This document shows, piece after piece, positions 1 through 13,727 of a stretch of 64,000 bases of DNA; within the stretch, counting starts at the first letter, position 1; every line of letters begins with the position of its first letter. This DNA is from Eledone cirrhosa (lineage: Eukaryota). Location: positions 224,564,001-224,628,000 of the forward strand of contig OZ024742.1 of NCBI GenBank assembly GCA_964016885.1, in the 5' to 3' direction. Both the position numbers and the translations under genes were made by a program. The notes under the pieces are model-generated. The model did not search any database, was not told the DNA's origin, and worked only from the letters and a program-made list of their open reading frames with translations.

Positions 1-80
1 CGCCATGTTGAAGTAAATGTTAAGAACATCTCTAGCCACGCTTGCATAACTTTACAAGATTATAAATTAGTGTACACATG

Positions 81-168
81 AGGTGGATTTAATCTACAGT
101 CGGCATACTCACACACACACACTCTCTCTCTCTCTTTTTCGCAATCTTTCTTTGAATGATTATATGTA

Positions 169-253
<85 letters not shown>

Positions 254-418
254 GCGTATATATATATATATATGTCTATTATTCAATATATATATATTTA
301 TAATAATAGACATATATATATATATATATATACATATAATCATTCAAAGAAAGATTGAGAGAAAGAAAGAGAGAGAGAGAGTGTGTGTGAGTATGCCGAC
401 TATAGATTAAATCCACCT
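81..418. repeat. Inverted repeat (~88-bp arms) around a (TC)n(TA)n spacer
   Basis: AGGTGGATTTAATCTACAGTCGGCATACTC... / ...GAGTATGCCGACTATAGATTAAATCCACCT. Confidence 0.9.
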
Positions 419-519
419 TATACTCGGAATATTTCCTAGAGTGCTTAAAATTATTTGTGACTAACCCGGTCTTTTTTTTTAAAAACCCGCGATAATATTG
501 CTTTATGCTGAACTCCATA

Positions 520-900
520 CCGTTTGTTGAGTTTTTTTCGGAATGTTTTGACTGCTGTTTCTTATAAACAGACATTCGTCTCATTCTGACGTCATTAGCC
601 CTGTTCTCCATGTGTGTTTATTTTCATAATTCCACACGAGGTATACTAGCCTGCTTTTAAATTCCCTTTCTGGCATATTTTAGCAGTGGTTTTGGTTATC
701 GTGTTTGAGCTCTACTGTTGAACGACTCCAACCGTGACTAACCCCACTGAAAAGTTTCGTGAAATAGTCTTTTTAAGACTATATAGAGCATTTGTAGTTT
801 TTCCAAATTGAAGGATAAGTATTTAACCTTAATTTTATTCTGAGTTTTTTCTTGGTTTTTTCCCTGGATTTCACAAAATATGTGGATAACATTTCTGTCT
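520..900 (-). pseudogene. Possible highly decayed PLE linker/endonuclease remnant
   Basis: Weak peptide traces (KSRLVYLVWNYENKHTW; LSTYFVKSREKTKKKL) next to an inverted-repeat element; many disruptions. Confidence 0.25.
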
Positions 901-1034
901 TGACTTTTTTTGAATTGAGTTTGAATTATTTTCCCATATCTTACGTTAAATATTTTCCATCTTGACGTTATAGTCACTTATATATTATGAAATACTGTTG
1001 GCTTCTTGCTCACATTAATTTCTCTATTTTCATT

Positions 1035-1334
<300 letters not shown>

Positions 1335-2753
1335 TCCTTTACAATTATAATGATATTATAATGAAATAGTATGGTAGAATATTAAATGTTAAATGTTAAT
1401 TGAACAAGTACTTTCATGCTTTCGCAAACTTCAGGTTCATATTCAGTGGTGACAGTCAAGTTGGCAGAGTGCATGTATGTATATGAGTATGCGTGTGTAT
1501 GTGTGAGTGCATGTATCTATATGAGTATGTGTGTGTATGTATGATTGCATATATGTATATGAGTATGTGTGTATGGGTGCATGTATGTATGTGAGTATGC
1601 GTGTGTATGTATGAGTGCATGATCTATATGAGTATGTGTGTGTATGTATGAGTGCATGCATGTATCTGTATCTGAGTATGCGTGCGTATGTTCGTGCCCG
1701 TGTTTACGTGTATTGTTCGTTTATTACCGTAAATTAGCGGTTCGACAAATAGAGATCGATAAAATTGCCCCAGCACAACCAATGACTGAAACAATATAAT
1801 AATGTTTTTCTAGTTTAGGCACAAGACCAGCAATATATCGAACACAGAAGGATGAAAGTTAAAGTTGACCGCCGTGGGATTTGAACACAAAGCGTAAAGA
1901 GTCGGTAGAAATGCCCCAAACAATTTGGCCGGTGTTCTAATGATTCTACCAAAAACATATTTCATTGTCACCATTGCGGAAAAATATGTTTTCATTAAAC
2001 AGTAAATCAGACCTGCCAGCCTCTAAAAACCCAAACGGGTAGTACCATGAAAAAAAGTGCCCCCAAACGGGGAGAAATGAGGCAAAAATGGAGAGATTTT
2101 ACATAATGAAAGTTATACCCGTTTTCACAAGAGAAGATATGTCTCACCCACCCCAAAGTTGGTGGGTTATCTCCTCGTCCGACGGGGAGAGTTGACAGGT
2201 CTGGTAAATTGCTAGATGAAACATTTGTTTTATGTTTTTGGAAGAGACGCAGCATGGCCGAATGGTTAAGAGGTTCGCTTCACAATCATTATATTCAGGA
2301 TTGATACAACTACCTGGCACCTTGGGCAAGTGTCATTTATCATAGCTTTGGGTGGATCCATGCCGTGTGAGTGAAACGGGATAGACGGAAACTGTCTGAA
2401 AACCCGCCGGATGGATTGTACCTGCAATTCAAAGGGCCAGTCTTGTCACACTGTGTCACGAACAATTCCAACACTCGCCGACGAAAACACTGCTATAAAA
2501 TAACATCCATAGTTGTTCGACCTTCGTCGGAACAACTTGATTGTGAAATTAACGGACAGGTGGGTAAGTATTCTACAAACACGTATACACTTAAGTAATT
2601 CTTTCCAGCTGGAGCAACGTTAAAGGAAATAAAATATTTGGCCCAAGGACACAACGCGTCACTTGGGCCAATAATCAAACGTATCGCCTTATGATCGTGA
2701 GTCGAACACCCTAACCAGATTAACTAACACTTGTTGGTAAAGATATTAATAAT

Positions 2754-2940
2754 TGTTTCTACTTCTGGCACAAAGCCAGCAATTATCCCAGTGTATTACT
2801 GGTACTTTATTTTATCGACCCCGTAAGGATGAAAGGCAAAGTTAACCTCGGCGGGATTTGAACACAGACCGCAAAGGGACGTAACTATGCTGGAAAGCAT
2901 GGCGTCCGACCCTCTACCGATACTGCCAATCCACCACCCT
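2754..2940 (-). mobile_element. tRNA-derived SINE, family A (~190 bp), full length with TSD
   Basis: Box A-like TGGCAGTATCGG, box B-like GTTCAAATCC, central GCCTTTCATCCTTACGGGGTCGATAAAATAAAGTACCAG (Nin/Deu-domain-like) and an ATT tail; 16-bp TSD TAAAGATATTAATAAT. Confidence 0.9.
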
Positions 2941-2959
2941 TAAAGATATTAATAATGAG

Positions 2960-3340
2960 TTCTAATTTATGCATAAGTCCAACAATTTGAAGAGAAGCGG
3001 AAAGTCGATTAAATCTGGTGTTTTATTTTATCGACTCTGTAAGGATGAAAGGCAAAGCTAACTTTTGACACAGAACGTAAAAAGTCAGAAAAATAGGGAT
3101 ACGCATTTGTCCGACGCCTTAGCGACTCTGCCAATCTACTGCTCTTATAAAGATATTAATAATTGTTTCTACTTTTGGTATAAGGCCAGAATTATCCAGT
3201 GCATTACTGGGACTTTATTTTATCGACCCCGTAACGATGAATGGCAAAGTTAACCTCTGCGGGATTAGAACTCAGAACGTAAAGGGCCATAACTCTATGC
3301 TGCAAAGCATGGTGTCTGACGCTCTACCGATACTGCCAAT
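2960..3340 (-). mobile_element. Two more family-A-related SINEs (one older, one young)
   Basis: Same central domain and box B; a third copy of TAAAGATATTAATAAT at 3148-3163. Confidence 0.8.
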
Positions 3341-3566
3341 GGAAGCATATTTTGTCAAGACACACAATGAATGTAGTGATGATATTACTTGAGGCGTTAA
3401 TGAGGAGGACATGCGTTCACATATCTCCCGGTGCTTACATTATATTTATCTTTCACGTAGTCTTTATGTTTTAGATTTATATAAAAGCACCCGTGCGTGA
3501 TCTCTGCACGTACATACATGCAATCATACATGTATACATACATTCAGACGCACGCACACACACACA

Positions 3567-3638
<72 letters not shown>

Positions 3639-3642
<4 letters not shown>

Positions 3643-3720
3643 AACCAGTAAGACCCCGACGGCTGAGCTCAAGCCGTTTCGACGGCTTGAGCTCAGCCGT
3701 CGGGGTCTTACTGGTTCCTA
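3639..3720. repeat. Perfect 39-bp hairpin with TTCG loop, in a (TA)n-embedded element (3639-3800)
   Basis: TAGGAACC...AAGCCGT ttcg ACGGCTT...GGTTCCTA; family copies at 46372-46522 (-) and 51741-51876 (+). Confidence 0.92.
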
Positions 3721-3797
3721 TTACCCACTCTACTACCCCAAGTATTGAGTACTTTGGTGCGTTATGCTCCACCTGGTTCCTTACCACATTTCCTTCG

Positions 3798-3849
<52 letters not shown>

Positions 3850-4068
3850 GTATGATGTTGACGGACGAGTGAAAGAGTACTCAATAGGGAAGTCTTGTTT
3901 GCCAGTCCTGTGAGTACACGGGTGAAACTCCAAAGTAACAAGACTCATCAGTTAGCCATTATAAAGAATATTAAATATTAAATATATGTATATAAATTAG
4001 AAATTTTAAAAGGAGTTTTACGAGCGACAAAAAACACGCGTTAACCACTGAGCATTGAGCACTAACTA

Positions 4069-4119
<51 letters not shown>

Positions 4120-4228
4120 TCTGGCTATCTGTGACCGAATCTTAGTAATGTGAACTTAGATATCCCTTGAGTTTGAGTGAGTGAGGAAACGGCCGAAGCT
4201 ATGTCCGTTCTACACTTGCTTCGCAGCC

Positions 4229-4262
<34 letters not shown>

Positions 4263-5170
4263 CTAGCGTAGTACTCTGTGTTGCACGGGATAAGGTATTT
4301 TGGAACGCGGGCCGCCAACAGACCTAATCGTGGAAAAACTGCATGTCTGGACAATATGTAAAGAAAATAAACCGAATACTCTGATGGCTGGATAATCTTT
4401 AAGATTTTCCTCGATGAAGCAGGAAAAATGTAGGGATTCACCTAATGCGGGCCCTAGGGGATCTAGAAAATGAATTTCTTTATGTGCATAATATGCCTTG
4501 AAATTTCGGGAAAATAGGCTAGACGTAACGCCTGCAAAAGGCCCTAAGAAACTGAAAAAATTAAGTTTTTCATCTAATGCGGACCCTAGGCCATAAGAAA
4601 GTTGGATTTTCTTTGCTTACGGTATGAAGAAGAGACTGACTAATACATAGTTACAATTTCAAGGAAATCGGTCTGACGTTACGCCTAAAAAAAACCCTAA
4701 ACATCTTTAAAAACGCCATTTTACACCTAATGCGGGCCCTAGGAGATAAAAAAAAGTTGAATTTTGTATGTGCATAACACTCCCTGAAACATAAGTAATA
4801 CACATGTAAAGTTTGAAAAAAATCGGTTAGGTACTTCTCGAGTTTTAGGGATACAAACTCGCAACACACACACAGACAGACATCCTCAGGGAAGTGACGC
4901 AATGGAGACAGTCAGACATACGGACAGATATTATAAGGGCGCGACGTTATATGTATGTATCTATCAAAAAAAGAGAAAGACTAAGAATTATAGGGCGAGA
5001 TCGCTAAATCGTCTAATGCGGTCCCTAGGGCATTGACAATTTGAAACACTTTTTGCTTAGAACACTCCCTGAAGCATAAGTACTACATGTGTAAAGTTTG
5101 AAAACAGTCGGTTGGGTGGTTCTCGAGTTTTAGGGATTCGAACTCACACAGACACAGACAGATACCCTCA

Positions 5171-5180
<10 letters not shown>
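4263..5180 (-). mobile_element. Non-autonomous Helitron-like element with internal repeats
   Basis: The minus strand ends ...CCCGTGCAACACAGAGTACTACG-CTAG|T (decayed hairpin plus CTAG) and starts in (TA)n with ATAAAACTGAGGG..TCTGTCTGTG. CTAATGCGGGCCCTAGG variants recur at ~4442, 4573, 4726 and 5013, and an ~80 bp block is duplicated (4808-4890 / 5092-5172). Confidence 0.65.
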
Positions 5181-5217
<37 letters not shown>

Positions 5218-5337
5218 AGGGAGTGTAACTTGGAGTTACTGTAGGTTCACCCGGGTGAGCACTCGATGTTTAGGTTCACTTCAGTGTCGAGGTGTAGAGT
5301 TAGACAGAGTGTATTTTTTCCCATTAACATTACAAGG

Positions 5338-5412
5338 GGTTTGACGAGCCGTGGCTTACAGAGTCGGGTCAGATCAAACCTTGAGCTGATCAGTGGCGAA
5401 AGGCGCGTCACC
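5338..5412 (+). ncRNA. Type-I hammerhead motif with long domain II (core variant TTGACGA)
   Basis: GGT-TTGACGA-GCC...GGC-GAAA-GGCGCG-TC-ACC, AATAAA at 5417; shares GAGCTGATC with the 13.6 kb motif. Confidence 0.65.
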
Positions 5413-5461
5413 AACCAATAAACGTAATGAAGGAGTAACCAATCGTCCTTGTTATCTTATT

Positions 5462-5625
<164 letters not shown>

Positions 5626-6137
5626 GTACACATACGTGCACACAGACACACGAATATACATTGTTACATTTGAGAAAAATTCTATTCATAATTCTTATAA
5701 ACAACAACAACAGCAACCGAAACATTTTGTCTCTTTCCTAGATATGTCGTTGGGCGATGATACCTTAATGAAAGATGGGGGTAGGAGAAAGAAACAGCTA
5801 AGCACTGTAATGAACTGCTTGACATGAGAGACAGTTATGATAGAAGGGGGTGGTACAGGCTTTCCAAGCCAGCCAGGCGACAAACAGGCATTGAGATAGC
5901 GGTTTCCCTCCATCTCCCTCCCGTCCCTAAACACCCTCATTGTCACAGCTGTCTGTCAAAGTTTTGTTGCTCCAACCGTTGTCCCGCGCTGACTGATTGT
6001 CTCAAGCCGAGATTTTAAAGCGGCTGCTTACCACAATTGCGGCAGTGGTAGTGGTGGGAGCCGCTCGCACGCATTCACACACTAACATACACACTCCACC
6101 ACCTCCACCCCCACCTACCCCCACCACCAGCACCACC

Positions 6138-6168
<31 letters not shown>

Positions 6169-6530
6169 CCACTACCACCACCACCACCTATACACATACA
6201 GACACACACATCGATAAACGCCAACACACACATACACACACATACGCATACACAGGCACACACTAACACACATAAACAAGCACATACACACACCATAAAC
6301 AGCCGAGCACCCCCCCCCCCCCCAAACACTACACTAACACATACATACATCATACATAGACACATCATACATAGATACGGTGATTAACGTACAGATTCAT
6401 AAACATAGCAATATATACATATGCATATATATTTTGCGTGTGTGTATGAATATGTGTGTATACGCGCACACATCCAGATCCACACACATACGTATAGGAA
6501 AATCAACAAAGGAAAATACAGATCAATGCA

Positions 6531-7004
6531 ATAAAATAAAGTACCAGTAATGTACTGGATAATTGCTGGCCTTGTGCCAAAAGTAGAAACAATTATATAA
6601 GATCTGAAATGATATGTATTGTAATAATTGTTTCTACATTAGGCACAAGGCCAGCAAATACCCAGTGTATTACTGGTACTTTATTTTATCGACCCCGTAA
6701 GGATGAAAGGCAAAGTTAACCTCGGCGGGATTTGTATTCAGATCATAAAGGGGCGTAACTCTATGCTGCAAAGCATGGTCTCCGGCGCTCTACCGATACT
6801 GCCAATCCACAAAATAATTGTTTCTACTTTTAGCACAAGGCCAGCAATTTACCAGTCAGTGCATTACTGGTACTTTATTTTATCGACCCCGTAAGGATGA
6901 GAGGCAAAGTTAACCTCGGCGGGATTTGAACTCAGAATGGCAAGGGCCGTAACTCTATGCGTCAAAGCATGGCGTCCGACCCTCTTCCGATACTGTCAAT
7001 CCAC
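6531..7004. mobile_element. SINE A cluster: plus-strand 3' fragment and two tandem minus-strand copies (6626-6810, 6816-7004)
   Basis: Direct match to the family A consensus. Confidence 0.88.
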
Positions 7005-7416
7005 AAAATAATGATATATATTAGTTTAACTCTTGATGTTATAAAAAAGAGTCTTAACGTTTCGGACGTTAGTACTTCATCAGTAGGATGCCAAAGAGAA
7101 GAGGGGATGTTTGGAAAAGAGAACAAAAATTAGGAAGATAGTCGACAGTAAGAAAGAGAAGAAAAAGTGGGAAGAGACAGGAAGAAAGCATGTGTGTAGA
7201 TGGAAGGCCATTTTAGAAAATAGTGATTTCAGAACAAGGTTCGCGTGCCCGAGGTTTTCCTGTGTGTAGAGGGAGATAATCATTAAGGAAATAGGAATAA
7301 ATGTGTTTGTGGGGTGGGGTGGGGGTTGTTTGTACAAAGCTGTGAGGGTGTGAAGATCGTAATATGCGCCAGACCATAACAGCGGTTGGAGGGCTATTAT
7401 CTGTGTATTGTTGTCT

Positions 7417-7855
7417 GGTGGATTGGCAGTATCGGTAGAGGGTCGGACGCCATGCTTTGCAGCATAGAGTACGCCCCTTTATGATCTGAGTTCAAATCCC
7501 GCCGAGGTTAACTTTGCCTTTCATCCTTACAGGGTCGATAAAATAAAGTACCAGTAATACACTGATTGCTGGCCTTGTGCCAATAATCAGTGTATTACTG
7601 GTACTTGGTACAGTGATTGCTGGCCTTGTGCCAAAAGTAGAAACAATTATTGTCTGGTGAATTGGCGAACCGACGGTGAATTGGCAGTATCAGTAGAGGG
7701 TCGGGCGCCATGCTTTCCAACATAATTACGTCCCTTTACGGTCTGAGTTCAAATCCCGTCGAGGTTAACTTTGCCTTTCATTCTTACCGGGTCGATAGAA
7801 TAAAGTACCAGTAATATAGTGGGTAATTACTGCCAAAAGTATAAACAATTATTGT
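7417..7855 (+). mobile_element. SINE A cluster (two near-full copies plus fragments)
   Basis: Direct match to the family A consensus. Confidence 0.88.
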
Positions 7856-8227
7856 CTATGTGTGGGAGAGTGTGTATATACGTGCCAGCGTCTTGGCCAG
7901 CATAGGGAGTAACATCAGTTAACTTGTTTGGTGTGTGTGTGTGTTGCGTATAAGGTATCACGTCCAAAGGTTTGTTAGAGATGTCACACAGTATCACATA
8001 CGACACTACGACAGTAGAGTTGCCAGCCGCTGAACTTGGAAGGATAGAGATCAAAACGGTCAACAGGAATAGAACCAAGATATGAAGAGGTGCCGGAATA
8101 ACAGTTGTGAAGCATTTTAATCCGACGCCTAAACTTTCCCAGCAACAGGCCTCACACAAACATAATACCACACATAGATCTGCATTTCATGGGTCATAGC
8201 GCTTAACCTGTGAAAGAAAAAGGTGAT

Positions 8228-8417
8228 AATTGTTTCTACGTTAGGCACAAGGCCAGCAATTAACCAGTGCATTACTGGTACTTTATTTTATCGACCCCGT
8301 AAGGATGAAAGGCAAAGTTAACCTCGGCGGGATTTGAACTCAGAATGGCAAGGGCCGTAACTCTATACGTCAAAGCATGGCGCCCGACCCTCTACCAATA
8401 CTGCCAATCCACCGCCC
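8228..8417 (-). mobile_element. SINE A with TSD
   Basis: Full-length copy; TSD GAAAAAGGTGATAAT. Confidence 0.9.
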
Positions 8418-8447
8418 TTGAAAAAGGTGATAATGGATGGTGGTAGG

Positions 8448-8743
8448 CAGGGGCCTTGTTTGCCTTAAAAATGTGAGGGGGACAAACCAACATTTGTTGA
8501 TTCTTAAAGAAGCATGTTAGTATTGCTTGTGGCGCCTTTCCTGGACCCTATCACATAAGGAAAAGTTTACTCTAGTTAAATTTTATATATTCAGATGAAG
8601 TTCAGATATAATAAAAAATAAGCTTAAAAAAAATTTATTATATCAAATAAGCAAAAAGTAAAACATAGACGTTGAAAAAGTGTGTGTGTGTGGGGGGGGG
8701 GGGGGGGCTTGTCCCCTGGTACCCCCCTGAAACAAGGCCCTTT
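8448..8743. mobile_element. hAT-like MITE
   Basis: TIRs CAGGGGCCTTGTTT ... AAACAAGGCCCT; 8-bp target duplication GTGGTAGG (8440-8447) / GTAGTAGG (8744-8751). Confidence 0.6.
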
Positions 8744-9283
8744 GTAGTAGGCATAACCATAGAAATGTCACTGGTCAGTGAGAGGCAGGTGATGGATGCG
8801 AAGGCGGCTGTATAGGGGGTTATTGAAAAGGTGGTGGGATTGGCAGAATAAAGTGGTGGATAGAATATAGAGATGTATGCAATTACACATTTACATAAAC
8901 ATGCAAACATATCTACACATAAATACACACTAAATGAACATATATGTAAATAAATATATATGTATATACAGAGACGCACCTATACTTATAAAAGACATAG
9001 AAGGGAATATATAACAAATTATAAAAGTCATAAAAGTGTGTTTAAATACATTTGCATAATATATGCAGACAGAGGGTGCAGTGCACCCTACTGCTGCATT
9101 AAGTGTGGCCGAAACTCGAGTCCGGGAACTACTATAGGCACCCGTTTTACGTGTGTTGTATTGAAGCAAATAACTATGTGTATACTCTGGAAATGTATCC
9201 TACATTACCTATTGAGTACGCTGAGATACAATCAGTCCCGGCATTGATAAATATGGTGGGTCCGTCAACTCCTTATTATATAT

Positions 9284-9468
9284 GTGGATTGGCAGTATCG
9301 GTAGAGGGTCGGACGCCATGCTTTCCAGCATAGTTACGTCCCTTTACGATCTGAGTTCAAATCCCGCCGAGGTTAACTTTGCCTTTCATCCTTACGGGAT
9401 CGATAAAATAAAGTACCAGTAATGCACTGGGTAATTGCTGGCCTTGTGCCTAAAGTAGAAACAATTAT
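9284..9468 (+). mobile_element. SINE A
   Basis: Near-consensus copy. Confidence 0.9.
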
Positions 9469-9637
9469 ATATATATATAGTAATAATAATAAATTTGAAG
9501 ACTAAAATCCAAAGAGGGCTCGATAAGGATAAATATATATCAGATATATAAGAACCGTAGAGGAAATATTTATTTAGTTTCAGAAGATCCCGTTAAGGGT
9601 GAAAGCAGCGATTCTTTGCTTAAACTTTAATCTCTTA

Positions 9638-9719
<82 letters not shown>

Positions 9720-9853
9720 GGTTTGAGGTTCGCCACTGTATAGAGCTGGTCTGTTCCGTATGGTCAATCGTAATGCAATAATATAGAGAGTACTCAACGT
9801 AAGGCAGTTCAAACCTTTCAAGGATTTACACAAATCCAGCCTCCTGTCATTTC

Positions 9854-9898
<45 letters not shown>

Positions 9899-10639
9899 CA
9901 TACGTATGTAAGATATATACGTAGATATAAATATGAATATACAAGTTCCAATTCTTGTATACATATATGCGAGGGGCACGTGGGTACTGTGGTGATGGTG
10001 GGGGATAGTGGGAGTGGTGATAGTGATGGTGGTGGCGGTGTTGGTGTAGTGGGAATGAGTAAAGAATATAAGGCGAGTGATGTAGTTTAAATAATTAAGT
10101 ACGGTGGAGATTATGGTGATATATAATTATAGAAGCTATTTTGGGAGAATGAGTGAGTGTTGGTGAATATGTGAAATATATAAGATACATATGAATATAA
10201 TTTATAGAGATATAACTACAATGAAGATTATCGAAATATAAATATTATAGAATTGTATATGATGATGATAATGGTGGAGGCGTGGTGGTGTGGGTGTTAG
10301 GCACATATAAGTTATAAGGTGTGAGGAATAAAGGAAGTAAGGAAAAAATGAAAAAGCTGAAAAAATAAAAAATGGAGAAAGGGAAAATGAAAAATGGAAA
10401 AGTTGGAAAGATGACAAAATAACAGAATAACAAAATGGAAGAACAGAAATAAAAAATTAGAAAACAGAAAATTAAAAAAAATTTAATTAAATATATTTTT
10501 TAAATTTAAAATTTAAAAATTATATTAATAATATAACATGAAATAATACAGGAAGTAACCTAAAATGTACGGATTAGAAGAATATAAGGATGACGGAGCA
10601 AAGGGAATTATAGAGTATAATGTATGGCATATGATATAT

Positions 10640-10915
10640 AACACAATGAAACATTGTTTTGATGCTGGGTAAACAGGAGAACAGTGTTTCCTCCCGAGAG
10701 TTCAACATGTTAGTTAACGAGGCTAGGATATTTAGTTTTTCAATGGTACATAAGTGGCATCTCGTACCTCGTCCGTTGTAGGCTTTTGCGTTTGTCACAA
10801 TACTCCATTTGATGGTAGGCTTTGTTATCCCATTGTCCTTCAATTACCAAATATATTTTGATAAAGATGTTTTAATTCTGTAATGGTCTGTTATTAAACT
10901 TATAGATGTGTTGAG
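10640..10915 (-). pseudogene. C-terminal endonuclease region of a second Penelope-like family
   Basis: TSLSKYIW*LKDNGITKPTIKWSIVTNAKAYNGRGTRCHLCTIEKLNILASLTNMLNSREE: the LSKYIW..CxLCxxEK..LNxRxE pattern of PLE endonuclease ends, with an in-frame stop. Confidence 0.8.
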
Positions 10916-11162
10916 AAAAGCAAAATGTAAATGTATTTTCGGTCAGTCATATGTAGATTTTCCCCTGTACTTCTGCAATTTATACAATTTCCCTGGACAG
11001 GCATTTATTCTCCAGTGGGTATCTAGTTATATGGCTATGTCCACTGTCATCCATTATTACTTTCTTCTCTCACACGAAGGGACCGATTGGAGCCGCGGTC
11101 GCGATTATACCCCATTTTCTCTGTCTGTCTGTCGGTTTCTCTCTCTCTCTCTCTCAATATAT

Positions 11163-11284
<122 letters not shown>

Positions 11285-11408
11285 TTTTTATTGATTTATT
11301 ACTTTAAATCGAGTAAGGCAAACCATATTGTTTTAAATTAGTATTTTTTCAACCTTGCAATTGGGACACATGTATTCTTATATCTGTATTCATCCCTCTC
11401 ATATATCC

Positions 11409-11445
<37 letters not shown>

Positions 11446-11644
11446 AATAGCTGTTTTATACATAGAGCATCGTTTTTTCCTTTGCTTTTTCTTCGGAAAT
11501 ACTTAACACACACACACATATATATAATAAAAATTTGAAGATGCTCCTAATGATTTTTATATATACATGCGAATTTACTAGCAAGTATTTATAAAAAAAG
11601 CGTCTGTATGTAAGTAAGTATGTATATATATATATATATATATA

Positions 11645-11721
<77 letters not shown>

Positions 11722-11726
<5 letters not shown>

Positions 11727-12027
11727 AAATCAAAAGATAGTTAAAAGAGTTCCATGTAATTTATTATGCGCATTTCAAAATTTCAAAAACAAATATCATC
11801 ATGGGTTGATATTTGCGTTCTCATCAGATAAAATAGGGAGACATGATATGAAGCTTAAAAAACACTATGAAGCTTAAAAAACACTTGTTTTTTAACCTTC
11901 ATATCATGTCTCCCTATTTTATTTGATAAGAACGCAAATATCATCCCATGATGATATTTGTTTTTGAAATTTTGAAATGCGCATAATAAAATACATGGAA
12001 CTCTTTTAACCATCTTTTGATTTTATA
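11722..12027. repeat. Palindrome (~145-bp arms) carrying twin hammerhead motifs
   Basis: The arms are reverse complements with few mismatches; there is a 19-bp tandem duplication at the centre. Confidence 0.92.
11758..11834 (-). ncRNA. Hammerhead motif (8-nt duplication before GAAA); decayed inverted twin at 11916-11992 (+)
   Basis: ATTTTAT-CTGATGA-[GAA c GCAAATATCA...TGATATTTGT t TTT]-GAAATTTT-GAAA-TGCGCA-TA-ATAAA. Confidence 0.7.
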
Positions 12028-12121
12028 TTATTTATACTCGTCCTATAAACTGTTGAGTGCTACTTATCCGATATTTGCATTGCTTTATTGTGCTACAATA
12101 AAACTCACCTCCTACACACAC

Positions 12122-12216
<95 letters not shown>

Positions 12217-12661
12217 AGGAGCCGATTATTATATCGGACAACGAAAACAATATTCTATTGGTCTCTCCATTGATGATACTATCTACGGGGTGGTTATGTA
12301 TTTATGTGTGAATGCGTGTATGTGTGTGTGTGTGTGTATGTGTAAGTGTTTTATGATGTATGAAGTATATCTTAATCTTGCCGTACACATAGGCATGAGT
12401 GTGTATATGCATCTATATATATGTGTACATATATACATATATATATGTCTGTGTATGTATGTGTGTATATGTATGTGTGTATATATGTATATGTGTGTGT
12501 GTGCATGTGTGTGTGAAGATTATAAGAAACAGTAACTAGTGTGTTTACAGATACTTACAATAACGTATGGTGTAGCAACGACAAATAGATAATCTAAATG
12601 AAATATATTCAAATAGTGTGTATGACTGCAGATAATACTGTATCACATTTTATAACTGTGC

Positions 12662-12729
<68 letters not shown>

Positions 12730-12904
12730 GTTGAGAAGGCAACACACCAGAGAGAGATATATAGTGCGTTATCAATAATACAGGGAAAAAACCACCAGTG
12801 TATGGAATCTATAACCTATGAAAGGCAGACTATAGACACGATAATTAAAAATATAAATTAAAGCGTAAATAAATACCTCTATAACTATATAATACACGTA
12901 CAAA

Positions 12905-12972
12905 TCCAAAGATATGTTTCACCAAAAAATTTGTTGAAAGAAATGGTCTAGTCTCGGTTCATCAGCGTGTGT
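12905..12972 (-). ncRNA. Decayed hammerhead-like motif
   Basis: CTGATGA-ACCGAGA...TTTTGGT-GAAA-CATA-TC; helix I pairs poorly. Confidence 0.35.
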
Positions 12973-13018
12973 AAGGCTATACATTTCAGACAATATATAT
13001 ATATGTATATATATATAT

Positions 13019-13504
<486 letters not shown>

Positions 13505-13566
13505 AAGACCAGGCAAAGGGCGGAGCAACTCAACAGAGTCAACAGTTTCTATCTGAATCAATCCTG

Positions 13567-13606
<40 letters not shown>

Positions 13607-13634
13607 TACCGTGACAATAGCTAATCAGGCTATC

Positions 13635-13727
13635 CACAAGTCTGATGGGCTAATGATTCCAGTGTCGGGCGCGATCAATACCGATCGTGTCGTGAGCTGA
13701 TCGATCGCGAAACGCGAGTCACTTGTG
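13635..13727 (+). ncRNA. Type-I hammerhead motif with long domain II (core variant CTGATGG)
   Basis: Perfect 7-bp helix I CACAAGT/ACTTGTG, GAAA-CGCGAG-TC cleavage site, immediately followed by AATAAA. Confidence 0.75.

Noticed and set aside
3850-3965. CTGATGA on the minus strand (~3945) with a GTCTTGTT/AACAAGAC stem
   Set aside because: No GAAA follows the stem and there is no helix I; probably a rearranged relic, so it was not counted as a hammerhead.
4440-5030. Regularly spaced CTAATGCGGGCCCTAGG repeats resembling a CRISPR array
   Set aside because: Eukaryotic context, long uneven spacers that are themselves related, and no cas genes; they are internal repeats of a Helitron-like element.
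5997-6368. Poly-Pro/Thr/Gly/Val ORFs (also 61373-61689)
   Set aside because: They derive from (CCA)n/(CAA)n triplet runs with no splice or homology support.
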